NCBI GenBank assembly: GCA_036172245.1
Contig: JAYWIR010000030.1
Span: 2,356,001 to 2,420,000 of the forward strand
From: Raillietiella orientalis
Lineage: Eukaryota
DNA: 64,000 nt
Direction of reading: 5' to 3'
Below are positions 1 to 12,614 of this stretch, in pieces. Both the position numbers and the translations under genes were made by a program. Each line of letters starts with the position of its first letter. Position 1 is the stretch's first letter. The notes under the pieces are model-generated. The model was not told the origin of the DNA. It did not search any database and was given only the letters and a program-made list of their open reading frames with translations.

Positions 1-1220
1 GCGCAAACTGCGTTCTTCGTATCAATCACTTTATGACTCCCCCAAACACCAGATATTAATAGCCATCACGCATACTATCACCGTGCACACCATCCCCGGT
101 TTATCTAACCAAACGATTAAGTAAATCCCGGCAGTAATCACTGCTGAAGAATGAATTAAAGGGCAAACTGGGATAACCACTGCTATTATGTCAGGCAAGC
201 TCTGAATGACGATGAAACTCCCTCCTACTAACCCTCGGAAACATTACATAGCAGGGCGCGCAACCAAGGTCGTCCGTAATAAATTGGTCCTCCACTATGA
301 ACAAAGTGAATGATAGCAGTAATCATTCGTCTCTGGAAAAGGTACCCGGCATCCTTATCTCAGAAAAGTAAAGTACCAAAAATCTGAGAAAGGTGATCGG
401 CACCCCTGACTCCTGATCTGAACTCATTTTTTATAAAAAAAGAAAAGAAAAAAAAAAGACCCACACAATAAGGGCAAAAACGCCCTGATTTATTCCCCCG
501 GAGTAATATTTACCACGCTCAGCATCACCATCACTACAGAGCCAGCATGCGCCAGAGAGGTTCAAGGAGATCGGATTCCTGCAAGCACGTGAGCTCCTGC
601 GCTTCGCCCCCGGCAGCACCATCTGCACGCAAACCCCCCGCAAGGACAGAGGTGGCTGAATGCAGGGTGGACGCCAGAGCTTCTCTCATCACTCAGTGAG
701 GATCACGCGACCCGACCATCGCTCACTCCTCCGTCTGTCGCCACCGGAACCCTATCACAGCAGCTCTAGCTGTTGAGTCCCATGCGGTGAGGAAAAATCA
801 AGCTTGCCTAACAGCCTCCGTACTCCTGACGTCACCAAGCAGCTGCTCTCGCCTTGAATTGTTCCTTAGCAACCAATGAGTATGAGTCTCTCCGCTCACG
901 CGCTCAGCTCTTATTCCAGTGTGCAGCTCACCACTCCTCCCCAGTAAGTAGGGGGGCTGCTTCGTGAGAAGCTATGAGACCCTGCTACCATCCGCAACTC
1001 AAAGAGGGGAAGAGATTGGAACACGAGTCCGTTATGGACCACCTATCTCCTTCCCTGCGCGTCCTTGCGTCTCCTCCTTCTCCCTCCTCGAATAGGCAGC
1101 CCTCCTCCTCTGTCGTCGTTGAGGCGATCACCTCATGCCACGAAAGGTGGGGACCGAAGGGCGAAACGGTTGGTGCTCGTCCGGATTGCCTCCGCGCTCT
1201 CCTTGCGATATCCACTCGGG
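1..1220 (-). mobile_element. Decayed Ty3/Gypsy-like LTR retrotransposon gag-protease relic (runs off window start)
   Basis: Minus-strand translations across frameshifts, in gag-pro order: VSPFGPHLSW (gag N-terminus-like, ~1140-1170), RDSYSLV and REQLLGDVRSTEAVRQA (gag core-like, ~800-890), Cys-rich knuckle-like segment ~590-640, then HFVHSGGPIYYGRPWLRAL (251-310) resembling the aspartic protease P-x-LGR-x-WL motif. No LTR or PBS identified. Confidence 0.5.
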
Positions 1221-1559
1221 AAAGCGCGCCGGTTGCCGCGCCTTCACGAGTGCGTCCTCCCTAGAGTGAGGTGGGATCGTGAGAAAAGGGAGCGCAACAG
1301 TGGAAGCGGGACGGCGGGTCGGCTGAGCCCCCAGTTGGGAAAGCGTTGCAGCGCCGGTGGCTTGGGAGTTATCTTCGCGCGAGGAGGAGCTGGGGACGAT
1401 CAGGCGAAGCCACGGCAACGACTGAACGACGGTTGCAGGAGTTGCATCTCGTGGCGTGTGGGCGACGGTTCGTTATTTATTTTCGACGGACGCGTTGTCG
1501 CTCATCGGGAGAGGAGGGGAGGGATGAAGGGATGGCGAAAAAGAAGTAAGAAATCTTAG

Positions 1560-2380
1560 AGATTCACCAAGGGCAACCCGCGGTTTCCTGAAAAGACATT
1601 CCGCCACGCTATGAACTCTGCATGGACGCGTTGGCCATGGCGACCGGGGCCAGCAAAATATCTCTGAGATTTACGTACCGTTGAGAAGAGGCGGAGAAGG
1701 GCGCGGAAGCCAAAAGCATCTTCGTCCTTCGGAAAGTGTTGGGAGATCGTTGTTTGCCAATGGGCAGGGAAGAGAGCGAAAAAGAACGACTTCCATTTTT
1801 TGAAGAGAATGAAGCGCAGGAACAGGCATTTGCTGAGTGCTGAGTCGGTGGAATAGCGATCTGGTCGCCGGTTGAAGGCGCCGTTGATGGACCTAAAGTT
1901 TGCTTTCAAAGCATCTCCCTCCAGGAGGAGCTCATTTCAAGGAGCAGGATATTATTAGGGATTGCACATGCAATTAGTCTGACTAGAGCTGTTTTTATGA
2001 GAAGAAGGGAAGGGGAGGAAAGCAACCGGTGTCGTGGTGCCGATGAGGTTGCAGCAGACCGGTCAGCTCCGAAGGCGAAATGTCTCTTCACTGTAGCGAG
2101 CGCATTGCATGGAGAGGAAGGGGAGGGAGGGAAGCATGGAAAGCTGACCACGAATAGGTGACCAGTGTTCCCATGCAAACTGAGGGATGCTGACCCATTT
2201 CGTCCGTGGTTTGTTCCTGGACTGGGAAGTGGAAGACTCAAATCAGTGGAATTGCGTTTGAGCTCCTTGGAAGAGTCAAGCAATCGAAACATGGCGATGG
2301 CCAGCTGCCAAGCAACCGACTTACAGTAGGAAAAGAGGAAAAGGTCTCTCTCTGATTCCGCACGTTGCTTCCAAATCACA
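1560..2380 (-). mobile_element. Possible decayed P-element/THAP9-type transposase core fragment
   Basis: WKQ (~2370), ANFRSINGAFNR (~1870-1905) and RYFAGPGRHGQRVHAEFIAWRNVFSGN (~1585-1665) are in the order and rough spacing of P-transposase WKQ, N-x-x-FD and QD-x-LE-x-F-x-x-IR-x-x-GG motifs. Matches are weak. Confidence 0.33.
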
Positions 2381-2879
2381 TCTTTAAGAGGCTCACATGG
2401 TTCTGAAGACTCTCGATCGGCATCTTCTTAAATCTGACAACCACCCACATTTACCTGTCGTCCTTGAGCGCATGTTGTTTTTGCCTTGCTTTGTTTTGTT
2501 TTGACTGCGACAGAAAAAATCTGCACTTTTTAAAAAAAAAAGAAGAAAAAAAACACTTAGTGAAAGATGCTCCGTTTGTTGATCAAGATTTCTCTCTGCT
2601 TCAGCTTCTCTGTACCTCTAATTCCTCGAGCCTCGCTACTGGCTTTCCGGTACCTGTAGCGTAGTGTTGAGAGACGCCTGCTCTCTTTAGGAATGGAGTT
2701 GCTTTCACAGGTGGAACTGCCGACTGCTTCACGGATGCCTGCTGGAATCGTTCATGGTTTGGTCGCGTTTCTTCGGGGTCCCCTAAACCCATCCTCAAGC
2801 CGTGCCCCTAGTAAGAAAACGCCATCGCTGAGAGGCAAGGCGGATCCGCAGTCCAAATAGAGGGGTGCCATTCAAGAAA

Positions 2880-3790
2880 GATGGGAGCTGATTGGCAAGA
2901 AAGGCAAGAAAGGTTCGGATGCTACGCACAGTGTCCGACTTAGTCTGTCTCAAGGATTGGCCCTCGTTGACGGCAGCGTGGCCCCGGTGTCCGTGCGTGA
3001 TGCCGTGCGTCGCGGGTTCAAATCCCCAGGTGGAGGATGGACGCCAAGAAGATGGGGGAGGCGTGTCGTGGGTTTCCAGTTGCCTCCTTCAGGATGACTC
3101 TGGTTGGCCTGCAGGCGTCGGATGAGGCACTGGTGGAAACAGGGTGCCCCCGCTGACTGGCCGGGATCCTTCGAAACCTATGGTCTTTCCGAGCTTCCAG
3201 GAATCACCGAGTCGGTCTTCTTTGGGGTTCCCCTTCAATTGTGAAAAGGGAGCCGTGCCCCTCACTGGAGGGATTCTTCCATCGCGTACAATGGAGCTGG
3301 TCGATACACCCCTCGAGGGTTCAAGAGTGTAAGGAGTGCGCTGCTCCCTTAGGGGGACACCTTCAGAGAAATTGGAAAGCGTACCCTTGGGGTTCTCTTC
3401 AGAGGATGAAACCAGGAGCGGTTTCTTTGCGAGTCACCTCCGAAGAAGAAACAAGGGAGAGGTCCCCACAAATCGAGGGGTTCCTCCGGAGAGAACAAGG
3501 AAGATGTGGTGGTTCTCTTCGAGGTTTCCCTATCAAGCATACGGAGAACGAACTCCTTCCTCCGTAGCCTTCCTGGATCCATAGAATGGTAGCCCCCCTA
3601 ATTTGAAGAGTCATACGCGCTCCCCTCGGGTAGCGTGAACGGTGCTGAAGAGCTCTGTAAGCTTTCCCTAAGATAGTGAACGGTTCGTCAGAACTTGACG
3701 AGCCAAAAAAAAAAAAAAAGAAAACCCGAAAGAAAAAGAAGCAGAAGAAGCTGGGAGGAAGCAGGGAAAACAGAAGAAGAGTGAAGTCTA
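2880..3790 (-). mobile_element. Tx1/L1-like LINE ORF1 remnant, copy A
   Basis: Clear nucleotide similarity to 4180-4870 and 61250-61880 (shared blocks GGGTTCRARTCCCCA, ATGGAGCTGGT, TTGAAGA). Minus translation gives LFKLGG...QLH...RVILKE...FLASILHLGI followed by a Cys/His knuckle-like segment; pyrimidine-rich leader at 3705-3790. Confidence 0.55.
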
Positions 3791-4179
3791 GGATTCATTT
3801 TTAGTCGATGTGAGCGCTGGTGAGCGCTGCAGCAGCGAGAATGTCAGGCAAAGGTGAAGGAAGCAAAGGGATAAGAATGAATAAATCCCGATGGAATCTC
3901 CCCGGCTTGCACTTCTCTTCGAGCCGCAAATCTCTGCCGGCTCTTTGAGCGAAGGGAACTGGGAAGAGCTCGGGATGTTGGAGTCCTGGTTCCAGAAGTG
4001 CTGGAGTTGGCTGCAAACCCCGCAACGCGTAACAAGGCGCACGCATCATCCTGCTCACCACCTGGAGCTGGCCATCTCCAACGGTAAAGAGCTGTGGGTT
4101 CCATGACCAGTAGCCCATGCTTATCCGCAGGCAAGAATAGAACAGAACTCGAGTGACCATCTCGATCCCGATGAACGAA

Positions 4180-4870
4180 GGCATCAAGTGCCCGCGTCGG
4201 AGGACGCGTGGCTGATGTCCCCGCGCATGGCATCAAAGTGTCGCGGGTTCGAATCCCCACGTGGAGGATCGACGCCGACAAATGGGGGCTAAGGCGTAGG
4301 TTCGAATGCCTTCTCAAGATGACTCTGGTTGACTGTATTCAGGTTCGGCGCTGATGGAAACCGCATGCTCTCCCGCTGACTAAGCGGGATCGAAAGTTGA
4401 CCCCCTGAGATCCTTCCAGGAATCAAGGATTCGGTCTCCTTAGGGGTTGGTTTCCCTTTGGTTGCAAAAATGGAACGTCCGTCGCATACCATGGAGCTGG
4501 TAGATTGATGATGTCCCTCCAGAGTTTACAAGAAGAGCGCTGCTCTGTTCGGAGAGCGCCCTCCAGAGACTATTCAAAAGAGTCTCTTCGAAATCCTCGG
4601 AGAGAACAAGAGGGTGCCCCGAAGGGAACCCTCCCAGGCGTGAGAGGGACGGACTCCTTTCTTCGGAGCCCTTCCTGGATTCATAAGGCAGTTCCCTCCT
4701 GGATTACCTCCATAACTTGAAGAATCACACGCGTCCTCGGATGGCGTGAGGAAAGAGTTAAAGAGCTGCGTGGGCCATCAGGCGCGACGGTTCTTCAGGC
4801 ATTCAGCGAACCAAAGAAGAAAAGAAAAAGAAAAAAAGCTGGAAAGAAAAGAGCGAAGTCGGAAAAGAAC
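4180..4870 (-). mobile_element. Tx1/L1-like LINE ORF1 remnant, copy B (tandem with copy A)
   Basis: Alignable by eye to 2980-3790 (e.g. GATGACTCTGGTTG, CCCGCTGACT, ATGGAGCTGGT, CCTTCCTGGAT) with the same A-rich plus-strand flank at 4811-4870. Minus translation gives IYQLHG and LSASILHVGIRTR. Confidence 0.55.
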
Positions 4871-4999
4871 CCAAAGAGATTTTTATCGAGGGAGGTCATG
4901 AAGCGGGCGAGTTGCTGGTCAGCAGTCACCGAGGGCATGGGAGAGGTGGGAGGGGTGAGGGGGTTGAAGGCATAAACAGGTTCTTCAGTGGGGCTGACG

Positions 5000-7900
5000 G
5001 GATCTCAGAATCGGATCGAGAGAGGAAGTTCTGTGCGGTAGGCGAACCAGCTGGGAGTAGGCGAGGCTGCTAAGCGACTTCTGTGAACGACGCTGTTCCT
5101 TTTTTCGGCAGATCACGGAGGACTGCGACCGTCGTCGGCATGAAATTCGTACAGTTCGGTTCCGGAAAGCCGTCCGGGGATTCTGAAGTGAAGGTGTCCT
5201 CAACCACGAGCCATGTCATAGGGTTGTCCCGTTCATCCTAAGGGAACAGGCTCGCGCAGCGCTTCAGCTCCCGTCGTGGAGGAAGCTTCCCGTAGCAACG
5301 GGTCCCGCTGCCCCCTGGCGCACGGACGGCGAGAGCATCCATCTCACCCGGCGATCCCCTTTTCCACGATCCGTTCCTGCGAATCTGGTCTTCCAAGTGG
5401 CTGGCCTCGGGTGGAACTCTGGCGGCGCAGGACTGCTGCAGCAGAGTCCTGACCAAGGCCAAGCAGGTCAGAGGCAGATCCAGTGACATTACCGTTCGCA
5501 GCTCACGCGCAAGTGTCCTCCGAAGGCTACATCCATCTTCCAGGAGCTTCGGATGTCACTGGAAGCGCTACGGAGCCAGGGTAGGGACCCGACCCCAGAA
5601 GGAAGTGCAGCAGAATTGGTGCTGTCAGCCGTGCGATTCGACGGCATCCCTCTGAAACTCCATTATCATCCGATGCTCAGGCTCCAAGGGATGCTTTCAG
5701 CTCCCCGCGCCATGCAACTGCTTAACAATAGATCGATTTCCAGAACGGGCGAGATTTATCCTGGAAATCCTGAAGGACTCCTCCATTCTGAGCCTGAGAT
5801 TGACGTGGGAACTTTCCGCGGTGGAGGGAACCTGGGAGGCTGTGGAATGAAGTAGGGAAAGGCATTGTGCTGCCTCGGGTTGTTGTTGCCAAGACAGGAC
5901 GGCTCAGGGGTGATGGACTGGCAACAGCTCTGCATTCAGACAACTAGTCCGGAAAGGTCAAGAAAGCCGTGGAAGCTGTGGGGAGTCTTTCCCTTGCATC
6001 TGTTTGATTAGCCTCGAGCGTTTTGGCTGATGACGAAAGAGGGGATTCCTTTCATATCCAGGTCCACGAGCTTTCCGCTTAAGGGATTGTCGCGAAAGGA
6101 ATCTCTTCTCCCTTTCGGATGCTACGTTGCCTGCTGCGGGGAGATGCCCTTAGTGAACCTTGGAAACGTGCACCTCGGCCCGCATCAGTGACGTTTCCTT
6201 TTCGTTCCAGCGCGCGGAACTTCCAGGATCCTCCGGAGGCATTTTCGGCGGGGTCGCAAGCGGCTTCGTCTTGTCCCCCGGGTCCCAAACCCGAAAAACG
6301 CCTCCGCGACGTTTCGAAGACATTGGGAGGACCTGGAAACAAGCGGCACGCGGTGTGGGAGTGCAGGGGTGTTCCGTCTGCTTGTTCCTGTGCGGAGATC
6401 TCCCCCTCCCACTAGCTGGCTGAGTCGATCCAGGAAAGGAATCAAAGAGAACCGTCCGCGATCGCTTGGAAGAGGGTGATAAGAAGAGGGTAAAGAGGGC
6501 GTTTAGGGGCCGAGAGGAGTACGCTGTCCCTCCGCAGAACGGGCCCTTTGCTGCGCACGCGCTTGGAGCGCAATCCTCGCTGCAGTCCTTTCGAAGGAGG
6601 ATCCAGGGTCGCCAGCATCCAAGCGTCCTCCAAGGGACTTTCTCCCCTCCGTTCAAGGGCCGCAGCCTGTAGGCTGGCGATCGCCTCTCGTCTGGAGGAG
6701 GAAGGAACCAGACAGCAACTTAAATTAAGAGCGCCCTTCCCTTGAATTTCTCTGAGGCCCTTCGGGCGCGTACCGATTTCCCGAAGGCAGCAGGGATTCC
6801 ATCGCCGAGACATCCGTCACGGAAGACAAGGGAATCATGCCGAGTGCATCGGGAATGGGCCGACAGAATGGGGCTCACTGGAATCAAGATCTCGATCAGC
6901 GCATTGAGGTGATTCCTGCTTGGGTTTCGCGAGGATGAGTAGGGGGAAGCGTTTCCGTGACCTGCTTGAGCAAATTGACCTTTTTTTCCGGCTGGATGCA
7001 CTCCTTGGAACTCGAGAGGAGGGAGAAGTGACGTGCTCTTTACTCTGCCTCTTGAGAGATTTCAGCTAAATGGAAACGAATTTACCGGTACCTGCGCAAG
7101 CAGCTACCTAACCCGAAGGAGCTGCGTCTTCTCCGGTTAATCACCGGGGCTACGGAGACTTCAGCCCGACCTCGGCATTCCGGGAGAAAGCTCGGGAGTT
7201 TCCCCCAGGTTTCCGTCGCTCGAAACGGAACTGCCCCTTTTTGCCGCAGGAGAGGGTTCAAGGGCTGAGCTCCGAGGGTGGTGTTTTTCAAAATATCCCA
7301 CTTTGAAATTCATCCGGGAAGACGCACGTTCGGAACTCTGAACGTTGCTGATGTGTTCCTCTCGGATTCCAGGGAGGAGGAAGTTCTCCGACTGCGGTTC
7401 GGAGTCGAAGACCACTCGACTGAGAAAGGTTCCCCGGGTCTCTGGATCACCCTCGCTTCTGCGCATGAGTTTGTTTGCTCAGCTCGCTTCCTAGAAGACG
7501 CTGCCTCTCTGCTGAGAGGAGGTACAGTCCCTGCTCGACTGTTCCGGTTTATAAACTCGCCCTCCCAGCAAACATCTCATGAAAGCAACTTCCGGCTTCT
7601 TAATTAATAAATGTCGTGATACGCACACGGGGAGTTTCGCGCCGCTTGTCATCTGAACAAAATGATCGATACAGTAAGAAAGAAAGAATAAAATGACGCA
7701 GATAAGTCAAGCAAAGCACAAATTTTAATTAAGCTGGTAGAAAGCAGCCCTTATGAAGGCAAATGGCTCATTGAGGCATGGAGAAATTTCCTCTAGTCAC
7801 AACAAAATGGATGAAGTCCGATAAGCAGCCGTTAGAGTTGTTGAGTCTTGTTTTGTGAACTGCGTGGAGGGAATAACGGCGAAAGACAAAGAAAGAGCCG

Positions 7901-10900
7901 AACGAGGAGAGCGGGAAGGAAATGGATGGAGATGAATCTCGATGTTTTCATGGGCTTTCGAGACATCCAGCTACGCGCAGAACCGGAAGCATCTAGAGAT
8001 GACAAGGAGACAAGGAGACCTTCGCTGATAGGCATCAAGAAGCAGCACTCCGCCTCGAGCACTCTCGATCTTCTTTGACTTTCTATCCTGTCCACTTTCC
8101 ATTTCATTCCACCATATTCGAGGTTTCCGATAGCTTTTGAAACGGGAGAAACAGGTGACATTGCCATCCACATGTTCCTGCCAGGTGAAAAACAGGTGAA
8201 TTTGCGACACTGACATTTCGGGCAGGGGGCCTGACAAAGCAGTCGAGCCCCCCTACAGCGAAGGAAGAAAAAAAACATAAAACACTCAGTGCCCTAACGA
8301 ACTTTATGTCCGCGTCGCCTTGCTTTACGTATAACCTGAGCAACGCGTTTTCTTCCAGAAACTAAAAAGCTTCTCGTTGAGAGCTCTATCATTCTACCGT
8401 CGAGTTTCCACAGTGTTCATTCCATTGGGTTGTTCCGTTTGATTTGCAACGGGACTCGGATCATGCAGATCTCCGGAAGAGACTGCAAGGTCATTATCGA
8501 TTTGCGACAAGCCGTCGTTGCAGAGGCGAGGAAGGTTCTCGAGGAAAAAGAGAAACGGAGTCGTTCACAGCTTTCCCCTTTCGTGCTCACCTGTTTCAGA
8601 GGCTGCAATGCCTCAAGAATTAGAGCCTTATTTGTTGGTACTACCCATGAACGCTTCACTGCGAGGATGGCTGTTCAGACGTTGCTGAAAGCATTAGCTC
8701 AAGGAACTCATCTGGTGCTGCAGCAGTCTTTAAGTTACACAATTAGGACATGTCCTATGGCAAACAGAAAGTAATAAATTGACTCAAAGATTGCATGAAT
8801 TATTGAGCGTACTGTTTATGAATCAGACAGGATGCACTCTAGTGGCGGTAATAATTATAGCAGCTGTAACAATAGGGCAAAAAGTAATAATGAGGCAGAC
8901 AATGAACCAGTAAGGCACCAATGATTCAGTAGGACGACAATGCGAAACCAAGGCGACAATAGCTCAAGATGCCAAACAAGGACTCAAAAGGGCAACAATA
9001 TGAGACCCCGCAACAATATACATACAGTAAACGCAATTACTGCCACAGGAGGTGTAATGATCGCAGCTTGGTTGTCACGTGTAAAGGAAGGGTGTGTGAT
9101 GGAAGGGCAGTTTGAGCGAGTGGATTATCAGGACTTACTAGAAGAGATCTGCTCGATCGGAAATACGGTTCCGCATGAGGGGGAGGACAGAAGAACCACG
9201 CGTGTCTCTGAGACCTACTCACAGAGTTTTTTAAGAGAAGGGCGAAAGAGCGGGTGGGGTCTCATGCTTAGCAGGCGCAGCAAGCTATCAAGATCAAAGC
9301 GCGGCGGCCCTCAAAACTGCGAGCCTGTCGTGGAACGGAGGATACGTGTTTCGGGAAGTTCGTGCGAGCGAGCAGCTTCCCGGGCTTCTTTGGTTCTCGC
9401 GCTGCTGCTGTTACCGCTGTTGACATCAGTGACTGTATGAGGAAAAACTTTCTGGCTTCTTCACGGAAAGGTGCAGGGCACTGATCTGAACTCCCATTGA
9501 CGATTATCTTGCTGGGTGAAAGATGATCGGCAGCTGAAGACATGCCTGCCTCGTTAACTACCTCAAACATCCAGAGGGACTCGAAGAAGTGGAGGAAAAG
9601 GGAGAAGTGAGCGTGAAACAATGGGGGTCTTTTTATTCGCGCGAAGATTGTCCCGGAAAAATTTTTCCCAGCGAATTGTTTGTTCCTGCCCATCTTTTTT
9701 GAACCCTTCGGATTTCACGACCCTCTCACACAGACCAAGGACCACGCCCTGATGACAAAGAGGAAGCTAGCAATCCAGCTACTTTGCTGTCAGGATTCCT
9801 TCCGAAGATTTCAAGTCCTGTGCATCTGCAGAAGTCCCCTTCTGACCATGAATAGGTGGAGGGATAGAGGGCATGAAAGGCATAGCCAGCTGTGCCGGGA
9901 TCCGACGCTATCCATTTGGTGCCGTACTTCAGGGCCGGATCCAAAAAGTCAGTTTCCAAAAGTGGGCCTCTTTTTGAGCGCGCATCGCAGGCCAGCTCCA
10001 CGCTCTCACCCATGCGCGAGCCGCATCGGATGCTCCCGTGTGACGTGCGACGGCCAAAGCGTGAGCTGCCCAAAGCCCTGCCGTTTTCGGGTCGCGAGAT
10101 GGCGCTTCCCTTGTCCACGGGCTGACAGTCTCTGTCCCCCGTTCCCGTCTCCCAGAACTCTGAGTCCCGACCGCTCCCTTCTTCCTTATAGCGGCACGTT
10201 CGGTTCCCATTACTTCCGTCACCGCTTTCGAAAGGGATGGATAGGGGAGGAAGATTCTCGGATAACGAGGCACCCATCGGAATGGGCAGTTCCAAGGGAG
10301 CCGAAGTCTTTAAAGGTCGCTGCTTTCGATTCGCGACTTCCCTAGGCCCCTTCGGGAGAAGCCTCTCCCGATTTCTAGAAGTGATGGGATCAGGGAGCGC
10401 GCTTTCTACTACTCGGGCAAGCGGCAGTTTGTCAGAAAGCAGACACCTTGCATGGGATTATCTTGCATCCTCGGGGATGCAAGATGGCGAGCCCACCTCG
10501 TCTGCCGCAAGCAGCACGCCCTGAGATTGACCCAGAAAAGGAACGGGACAGAGACACTTGGGAGGAATTCGACCCCTTCTCTGGACATCAAGAGACGCGG
10601 AGCTTTCTCTTCCTGAGATCCCGCGCAAAGGGCGAAAGCGTCATCCATGAGGACACTTACTCTTTTCGAGAAACTCTGGGATGGAGTTCCCGGTGCCCGA
10701 GACCGCGGTGGAGGACTCTGGCGGAAGGATCAAGGTGGACGGGCTACGGCCGTTCTCTCTGTGCGCTGCCTGGAGACGGCAGCGCTTCACGATAGAAGAG
10801 ATCCTCAGAGTGGGATGGAGGTTCCTAGGGAGCACCTCGGTCCCTGGATCCCTGGGGTGCCAGATCGCGGGTAGTGTTCCAAAAAGCGCGTGAAGGGCTC

Positions 10901-12214
10901 TCTGATGTTATTCCGGGCACTGCAGGGCGGAAGTGCAGCGCGAGGAGCTCCTGCGATTTCCCCATCGCCGTTCTCTTTGGAAGCACCATCTTCCGCTCAT
11001 CTTCTCCTGAGAACGGATGCGAGGAAAAGCGTGATGTGCATACAGAGAGGTGCACGCATCAGACTCGCGATTCCGTTACGGTGATAACACGCTCGCAGAG
11101 GTCGGCCGGCAATAGAGCGTTTAGCGGAGCCGCCGCAGGAAGGAAAGCTGGAAAGGGAACCCATGGGTCCCCCGCTCTTTCCAGAGAGATTTTCCTTCCT
11201 TTTCTGCTTCATTTTCCAGGAATTGCAGAGGCGAGACGTGCAGGAAGTCCCTTCGGAAAGCTCTAGGCTGGCGTCCTTCCGGTGGTATCGACATCCCCGG
11301 CACGGCTGGTGCGGAGGATGATAGTCACGGATGTCCAGCGTTTCCCGTCTTCGCCATTCCTTCGTGTCCGGCGAGTCCACTCTCCGTGGCCCTGCGGCGC
11401 TTCAAAAAAAGCTCATCCCTGCGTCCGCCTCCTTCTCTGGCCTGACCGAGCAGAGCTGCTGGACTTTCGGCGGTCATCAACTTGTTGCCATGGGGATCAC
11501 TCGTGATCGTGCGTCCGAGCGCTCTCCTCCGTGAGAAACGTCTGCACTATCGGGCATCAGCTTGACCGCAGCGGACCTGTAATTTCCAGGACCCCAGCAT
11601 GTGCACGGCAGGGCAGCTGGCGGATCCTAAAGATGCCTTGGCGCTCCGATGACCGCTGGACATCCGGCGATGGAAACGAGACGAATGGGCCAGTCGTTTC
11701 GCGCGCCGCGCGGCCCTGCAGACCGGGACTGCCACAGCCGCGATCGCCAGCGTCTCGTCCCTCTCGGCTCCTTTTTCCCCTTCCATCGGGGAAGCATTAG
11801 CTCCTCCTCTCTTGCCGCCCTCGAGAGACACCGTTGGACGAGGTCGTGGCACCTTCGGGAAGGGAAGCAGCAAACACCGGAAGGGTGGCTGAGAAACAGA
11901 CGGGACTTCTGGAAGGTTCCCTACAGGGCCGACCTCGAGGGCCGCTGCTTTCCCGAAGGAGCACCTTCTCATATCCTCACCTCCTACGCGACCGGTTTCC
12001 AGGGAGAGTCCCGGGTGCATTCTCCCTGGTCAAAAATTCGCCTATCTCTTGAGATAGAGGGGAAAAGGGACCTGAACCAACGAGCACGTGACGTCCGCTG
12101 GGAGCAGCGGGTTCGCCTCACCGGACGAGGGGAGATGTGGAGGGGACGACGCGATCCACCACCGTTCGACTTCTCCCAGAAAGGAGGCGGCGAGCGCCCG
12201 TGACTTATCCGGTC
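5000..12214 (-). mobile_element. Full-length-sized decayed Tx1-clade non-LTR retrotransposon (Keno-like, joined to U2 snRNA), interrupted by an insertion at ~7600-9700
   Basis: Ordered minus-strand motifs. ORF1: GTRRWR, IRLVSIAGCPAV and knuckle-like CTCWGPG (11585-11770). APE region: SQGVLL, GSSRFGR, AHFWKL (9950-10540). Linker: SRVVFDSEPQSENF (~7380-7420). RT: LATLD (~6600-6620), PLNALFTLFL (~6480-6510), QADGTPLH for YADD (6361-6384), NGGVLQDF (~5765-5790). C-terminus: GKLPPRRELKR (~5260-5295). Removing the insert leaves roughly 3.5-3.7 kb of ORF2, as expected. Confidence 0.7.
7830..8760 (-). mobile_element. Possible decayed P-element/THAP9 transposase C-terminal part nested in the Tx1 element
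   Basis: RKSIMTLQSL...QIKRNNPME (8417-8510, cf. R-x-NQD-x-LE), then VLCFFSSF, CPKC, LEYGGMKW, EAECCF (8040-8285), like the Y-x-x-G-Y / C-x-x-C / GGL-x-x-P tail of P transposases. Confidence 0.4.
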
Positions 12215-12251
12215 CTACACTTTGATCTTAGCAAAAAGGCCGAGAAGCGGT
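12215..12251 (-). ncRNA. U2: U2 snRNA 5' fragment (nt ~1-37), truncated and non-functional
   Basis: Reverse complement ACCGCTTCTCGGCCTTTTTGCTAAGATCAAAGTGTAG versus U2 5' end ATCGCTTCTCGGCCTTTTGGCTAAGATCAAAGTGTAG (35/37 identical). Similarity stops abruptly before TATCTGTTCTT. Confidence 0.92.
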
Positions 12252-12614
12252 CCTGTCCCTCCCTCCGAACGTCCTGAGGCGAAGAAAATGCCTCCAGCTT
12301 ATCTCCTGCCGCCTTATCTTCCAGAAAACTCCCTCTTCAGTCCGTGATATAACGCCTGGTGGCAAAATAAGATCGAAGAGTATGCCAGCGGGGGCGAGTC
12401 ACAGACCACGAACCGCTTCGTATCGGGCCTCCGGCCATGTCCCTGAACTGGGCTCCACCCTTACTTTCCGACCGCGAATCCTCCAGGGACGCAACCTACG
12501 AGTGCCGGACGCAGGAAACCCAAGGTGGTGAGGGAAGACGAGGCCGGGCCGCTGCGCGCGGCAGCTCTGGGCCAGGGGTCACGGAGGCCAAGACTCAGGC
12601 CAGCGCCAGCCAGC

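Noticed and set aside
4200..4275. tRNA gene or tRNA-derived SINE
   Set aside because: Only a T-loop-like GGTTCGAATCC with a 3-bp stem; no acceptor or anticodon arms, and it sits inside a LINE ORF1 relic.
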